From IMG/VR virus record IMGVR_UViG_3300021376_004065: a DNA stretch of 64,000 bases; one strand, 5' to 3'. The translations under genes were made by a program, and so were the position numbers. The DNA comes from a virus. Below the pieces are notes generated by a model. The model made no database searches and was not told where the DNA came from. It saw nothing but the letters and a program-made list of their open reading frames with translations. Shown in pieces: positions 58,975 to 64,000 of the stretch (the stretch's first letter is position 1; every line of letters begins with the position of its first letter).

Positions 58975-59433
58975 TTATATTAAATTATTATAATCAATCA
59001 TATTTTTTATAAGTTGACTAGAAGAACCTTTTGAATAAACATTGCTATAGTTATATTCTGTGTGCCTTTTCATTATAGCAGATGATTCCATATTTTTAAT
59101 TGATGAAAGCATTGCGTCTTTATTGTCAAAAGCTTTTTGTGTAGGATTTTGTTGAAATCTGTTTTTTTGAATTGATTTATTTAAATAGCCTACATTATTA
59201 AAAGATATGTGCGCAGATGAAGAATTAATATAACCCTCATATGAAGGTCTTGCTGATGTAATTGTTTTAGACGAGGCATTGATTCTTTGTTTATTCTCTG
59301 TAGTGTTTTCTTGCCTGTTATTAGACGAAACTGAGGCTGAATCATTAATAGATTTTTCTACTCTTGGAGATGTGTCTATTCTTTTTTTGCCAGCTTCAGA
59401 AAGGTTTTTATTTTGCGAAACTACATCACGCAT
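58975..59433 (-). CDS. hypothetical protein
   Basis: Intact ORF. Confidence 0.55.
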   Translation of the reverse strand: MRDVVSQNKNLSEAGKKRIDTSPRVEKSINDSASVSSNNRQENTTENKQRINASSKTITSARPSYEGYINSSSAHISFNNVGYLNKSIQKNRFQQNPTQKAFDNKDAMLSSIKNMESSAIMKRHTEYNYSNVYSKGSSSQLIKNMIDYNNLI

Positions 59434-59441
59434 ATTTTTCC

Positions 59442-62400
59442 TTAAAGTGATGATCCAAATTCTTCATACGGATTTCTATTTATATTTTGAATAGAATTAA
59501 AGTAATTTACTGAAGAAGAACCTATTGACATACCCCTAGCGGAGTCAACAAAATCCCTTGCCGTATTAGAATCTCCAGAAATATTTACCTTATATGTAAC
59601 GCCATTTTCTCCTGAATTCATTATATACTGCGGAACCGGTAAGTTTAACGTATTGCCAGGATATGCTGTTTCGTACGCGCTGCCACCCGGAAGCAGTGGT
59701 GGGCCACCCATTTCGTCAATATTTTTATCAGCAGAAGCTGAATATATTAGTCCAAATGCAGCTAATCCAATCATTGACATAGCTGTTCCTTTTAAGTATG
59801 GTTTCTTCATTAGGTTTGAAATAGTTCCGTCTTTTATTAAAGAAGACACTCTCTTATAAGGACTTTTTTTAACTGGTTCTTTTTGAACGTTTCTATCTGC
59901 TGGAATAATTAGTTTTTTCATTCTTAATTTATTTCCAACCATTTCCATTTCGCTCTCTTCAATTCCGCTATATCTTGCTGTATATATTTCACTAAGATTT
60001 GCAAAAATATTTTGCGCGTGCACTGCTTGTCGATTCGCATCAACTTCCGAAATGTGACCAGCATGAATAGCGCTCCTTCTTATTTCTTCGCCTTCAACAC
60101 CGCCGAGTGGGCCCATTCTAATAAAGCCATAATCTTCATCCTGAAAACTTCCTATAAGATTTTTTGGTTTTCCAACTATTCTATAAAACTCATCAAGTGT
60201 CATTATTCCGTTTACCAAATCATCTAGTGTAGCGCCAGTTCCTGGAACCTTTTTTTTACCTCCTTTTGATTTTGTGAATTGAGCAGTGGCGCCAACAGCG
60301 TCTTCTGATAAATTTCTTAAGAAGTGAACCATTCTACCTACGCCAGCTGCTGCTTTATTGCCATCTGTTTCAAGCGAACTGAATTGAGCGAGTTTGTTCT
60401 TTCTACTTGACAAAGGCAGTAAACTTAAAGCTCTATCCATAACGCCCAAGATTTTGGCCGTATCTGAATCCGCAAAACCTTTATCTGTTACTAACATTGA
60501 ATATCTTCTTCTGTTTTCAGCCTGCATTGCTAAGGCTCTAATTTTTGACGTATCTCCTAAATCGGACATCCCACGAAAATCTTCCAAAGAAGCAAGCCCA
60601 ACTCTATTTAACCTGCTTTGATATGCTATTGCATCCATCATGTCTAACTCTGAAATATTACTGTATCCTTTTGCGCGCAGCTCAGAAATAGCATCCGCAA
60701 TTTGACCTTCTGCGTTAGCTGCAGCTCTTTGTCTTGCAGCTGTTTTTTGCGCAGCTAATATAGGATTTGCAGTAACATCTTGATCCGTAATATTTTTTAT
60801 TATTTCATAATTGTATTTATAATCATCAACTATTTTTTGTGCCGCGGCGAGCATGTCGCCTGGCAATAGAGCTTCTTGTCTACGATAAAAGTATGCATCT
60901 ATCTCTGCAGTTGATTTTCTTTGAATTCTTTGTTTACCTAATTGATTAAGAGCTCCTAGAATACTCTCCCCATAAGATGTTTGCGTATCAAACACTGCGT
61001 ATGCACTACCAGATTTTAATGCCATGCGTGTGTAGTATTCTTTTTGGCCTAATTGTTGCAATTCAGCCAAGTTTGTTTCCGCACCTGTAACATCCATGCC
61101 CCTTCTGCTAGCAGTGTCAATTGCTAGTCTAGCTCCGTTCACTGTACGCTTCTTTAAATAAATCCAAAATTTTTGCAGATTTTTCTGGGCTTGAAGTTAT
61201 AAAATTTCTTCTAATCATAGCCGCGTCTATTCCAGCCTCTTTAGCTTCATCAATGCCGAAAAATTAACCCTGTCGTTTGAAGAGCTCCGATTCTTTTAGC
61301 AAGGGATCTGTAATTTTGTAGTTCAGCTCCTTTAATTACATTTTCTGCGGCGCTTGCTGACGCTACTGAGGAACCTAAAACTCTCGCAAGACTTTGTATA
61401 TCTATTACTTCCCTTTGTTGCTGTAAGCCTATAGCGAGACCTTCAGCTATTTTAGTTGCCGTACCGAGGTTGTTCTCCAACTAATTTTGGTATTGCAGCG
61501 TTACGCGTAATGTCAATTGCATTGTCGGCTGCTATGTAAAATGCGCTCAGTTCTCTTTGAAGTTTTTTTGCCACAGCTTTTACTTGTGGGCCGCGCCTGG
61601 GCTGCGGTGAGTGTCTCCATTATATCTTGGTATTGATCGCCTATGGAGCCAAAGGCTGTTAAACTGTTTATATAGGATCCAATAATTCCAGAAGGATCCG
61701 CAGTGGTTATCCTAAATTTATAAAGATCCATTGTTGCTGTTAAGCTCGCCAAAGCTTCTTGGTTTCTTCTTCCCCCCTTTGTTCCACTTGTTGTACCCCT
61801 AAAAACCTCAGAAAGAGCTTTTCTAAAAGCGCTCTCAGTATCTGATGGATCAAGAGGTCCTAGTTTATATTTCCTTGCAATTTCTGCAAATTTCATTTTT
61901 TCTTCCTCGTTAAAAGGAGTTATGCCCGTTTCTACAGTGTACTTATATGCTTGTAATCGAGCAAACATTGGACCAGCTTCGAGCTGGTCTGCGTCCGATA
62001 GGGCTCGGAAAGTTTTTTCATCAAGAGCCAATGCAGAACCTGTTTTAGTAATAGCAAGCTGTCTAATTATTCTTGAATTTAATTCTGGAATGCCCTCGCC
62101 GTATGCCATTTCATACGCTTCTAGTATCACTCTATCAACATTGGCTTGTGTTGCTTGCATCCTTTTAGCGCCCGCGGTGGGTTGACCTGTCCTCTTTGTT
62201 ACATCATTTATTGTAGTGACTGTAGATTTACTAGTTCCGTAATAAAAACCTTGTCTTAAGTTTTCATTAGTTCCAAGCACTCCAGCATATTTACTATGCA
62301 ATACCATAAATTCAGCTCCATTATTTTTATCTGGAACCATTCTCATATACCTTAATATGTCAGCTGCTTCTTGATCGGTCGCTGACATTTGTTCTAATGC

Positions 62401-64000
62401 TTCCATAAATTTTCTATTATGACCAAATAAAGTGTTTAAACTTTCTTGGTCTTTAGAAAAACTATTGACAACAAATTCCCTCAAGCTTGGCGGCTGCCTA
62501 AAGGTAAATAATGCTAATCGTCTTTGACCACTATTCGTGTCTACAAAGCTTCTTAATAAAGGCATTCCCTTATCGTCAAAGTCAAAACCACCATGAGCTG
62601 CCTGATATATTACTGAATTCATATCACTATAGATCATTCTATGATCTTTAAACCTTACAACAGGTAATTTAATATTTTCATTTCTAACAGCTCCTTGAGT
62701 GTTTGTTACTTCCATTCCAGCATTATAATAATCTGCTCCTTCTTTAGCCAAGAGGCGTCCTACGTTGTCCTGGCCCAACAATGATGCGCTTTCTGCCTCT
62801 ATGTCAAACCTCATCAGCTCTGGAGTACGGGCTACAATAAATCTTTTTCCACCTGCTCTTTTGTCTTGTATTGTTCCAGAATAATAATAATCATATATTG
62901 CATTGAATACTTCTGGATCAAATACATCTCCTGTTAACATTTTATTTCTTAATTCATTTGTTGTTAATACGTGAAGTTTTTTTGTTCCCATTTTATATGA
63001 TTGATTTTGATACATTCGAGCAAATTTCACGTCTTCTGTTTCAACTCTTGCCTCCATTACTGAATCTATCACGTGCCTTGGTATAACTCCTGTTTCCATT
63101 ATTGTTTTCATTTCGGCAAGCTGTTGCTGTACATAAGCTCTTGTCATTTTTGGAATTACACCTGTTCCATCACCGGCGTCTTCAATAAAAGCTCCACCAT
63201 ACTGAGCTATGCTTTGAATGTCTGGAGCAATTGCACGGATGCCCTTTTCCCTTCCAAGAACGTCGAGGTTTACCGCTGGAGTTAATCCAGCTTCTCTTTT
63301 TACGTTTACATCGGGAGTCACAAACGCATAGCTTCTTCCCTTTTTGTCTACTATATCACTAACAAAGCCAAATCTACCTTTTATTTGAGGAGTGAATCCT
63401 TGTGAGTCTCTAAAGTTTATTCTTCCAGTTAATCCATATATTTTATTTTGATCAAGTAACCATTTTCCAGCTTTACGGTTCTCTGATGCTATTCCCCTTC
63501 TTGTAGTTTCTAAATCTTTTTTCATATTTATCTGAAATGGTGTAGCTGTTCCAGCTTCAATCATTGCATCGTAATTTTTAATTGACTCAGATAGTGTGTC
63601 TATATAGTTTTGAAAATATTTCGCATTTCCCCTAAAAGCTCCGTCAACTGAGACTTCCATTTTTTCAGTTATAGATTTAACTCTTGATTTAATTTTGTTA
63701 CTAAATTTAGATTTTTCTACAAGATCTAAAAATACATCTGTTGTACTTTTATCTGATTTATCATTATATGCTTTCATTAAAAGAGTTCCAAGTTTTTTGT
63801 AGTCGTCCTCTTTAAGTTCATAACCTTCAAAAGCGTATCCAAAAAAATTTTTAGCTTGAATTGACGCGTTTTGAAAATCTCCATAATAATTGTAGTCTAA
63901 TGAATTATAGGCGCTTTTAAGCGCTTTTTGTAGCGTTACGTCAGTAGTTCCCTCGTGAATTCCAGCTAACAATAGTTCTTGCCTACTGTCAAGAATTAGC
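59442..64000 (-). CDS. large tail structural protein (tape-measure-like by position), 5' end beyond window, four +1 shifts at CGG
   Basis: Joins 61513..63972, 61250..61480 and 59442..61142: ...TAAQA-GPQVKAVAKKLQRELSAFYIAADNAIDITRNAAIPKLVGEQP-GTATKIAEGLAIG...LQTTGLIF-GIDEAKEAGIDAAMIRRNFITSSPEKSAKILDLFKEAYSE-GARLAIDTASRRGMDV... Confidence 0.75.
61134..61137 (-). other. +1 recoding site GAA C GGA
   Basis: In-frame CGG; joins AYSE-GARLAID. Confidence 0.85.
61255..61258 (-). other. +1 recoding site TTT C GGC
   Basis: In-frame CGG; joins LIF-GIDEAKE. Confidence 0.85.
61463..61466 (-). other. +1 recoding site CCT C GGT
   Basis: In-frame CGG; joins GEQP-GTATKIA. Confidence 0.85.
61590..61593 (-). 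other. +1 recoding site GCG C GGC
   Basis: In-frame CGG; joins AAQA-GPQVKAV. Confidence 0.85.

Noticed and set aside
62560-62620. Motif GGFDFDDKGMPLLRSF as a possible RNA polymerase DFDGD-like catalytic motif
   Set aside because: The sequence lacks the full NADFDGD signature and other polymerase motifs; tail-gene context favours a structural protein.
302-64000. Interpretation of the split genes as random frameshift errors or pseudogenes
   Set aside because: Every break is +1, at an in-frame CGG, with no other type of break found, and repeated restoration of conserved motifs. Read-level checking is still required.
302-64000. Simple sense reassignment of CGG to another amino acid (triplet decoding)
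   Set aside because: Staying in the zero frame soon hits stops and non-native sequence at every site; homologous sequence continues only in the +1 frame.
302-64000. TGA recoded as Trp or Gly (Mycoplasma or Gracilibacteria code)
   Set aside because: TGA is used as an apparent genuine stop in tight ATGA overlaps (for example 3234/3237), and Trp is encoded by TGG.
1-64000. tRNA genes, CRISPR arrays, transposases, inteins or introns as the explanation of interrupted genes
   Set aside because: Intergenic gaps are too small; I saw no cloverleaf candidates, repeat-spacer arrays or inserted domains at the breaks. Each break is a single extra C. A computational tRNA scan was not possible here.

Overview
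This AT-rich window (64 kb) looks like a tailed, probably contractile-tail (myovirus-type) phage genome. Almost everything is coded on the minus strand. The replication/nucleotide module (about 0.3-19 kb) holds a sigma-70-like factor, PD-(D/E)XK and Cas4-like nucleases, DnaE-type DNA polymerase III alpha, an archaeo-eukaryotic-type primase, an HD hydrolase, DnaB-like helicase, glycosyltransferases, a deoxyribosyltransferase-like protein, dCMP deaminase, ThyX and a probable class II ribonucleotide reductase. The tail/baseplate/fibre module (about 20-64 kb) follows. The main discovery is that the apparently 'broken' genes are not randomly broken. I could explain every split ORF pair in the track by one rule: an in-frame CGG codon on the minus strand is not read as Arg. 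The C is skipped, or CGGN is read as a quadruplet, so translation continues in the +1 frame on GGN (Gly). I located 23 such sites. A by-eye scan found no in-frame CGG in a recognised gene that is read through as an ordinary Arg codon, while out-of-frame CGG is common and harmless. Applying the rule restores known motifs: DYKTGKW plus the C-terminal CxxC...C of a Cas4-like nuclease, VKPILGSEFY of DnaE, the primase catalytic region, and the sigma factor core. It also fuses ORFs into giant proteins, including one of about 3,851 aa spanning 58965-47407 with three shifts, and a >4.5 kb gene with four shifts. This is a candidate genome-wide +1 recoding system for CGG. No tRNA or factor that could explain it was recognised in the window.
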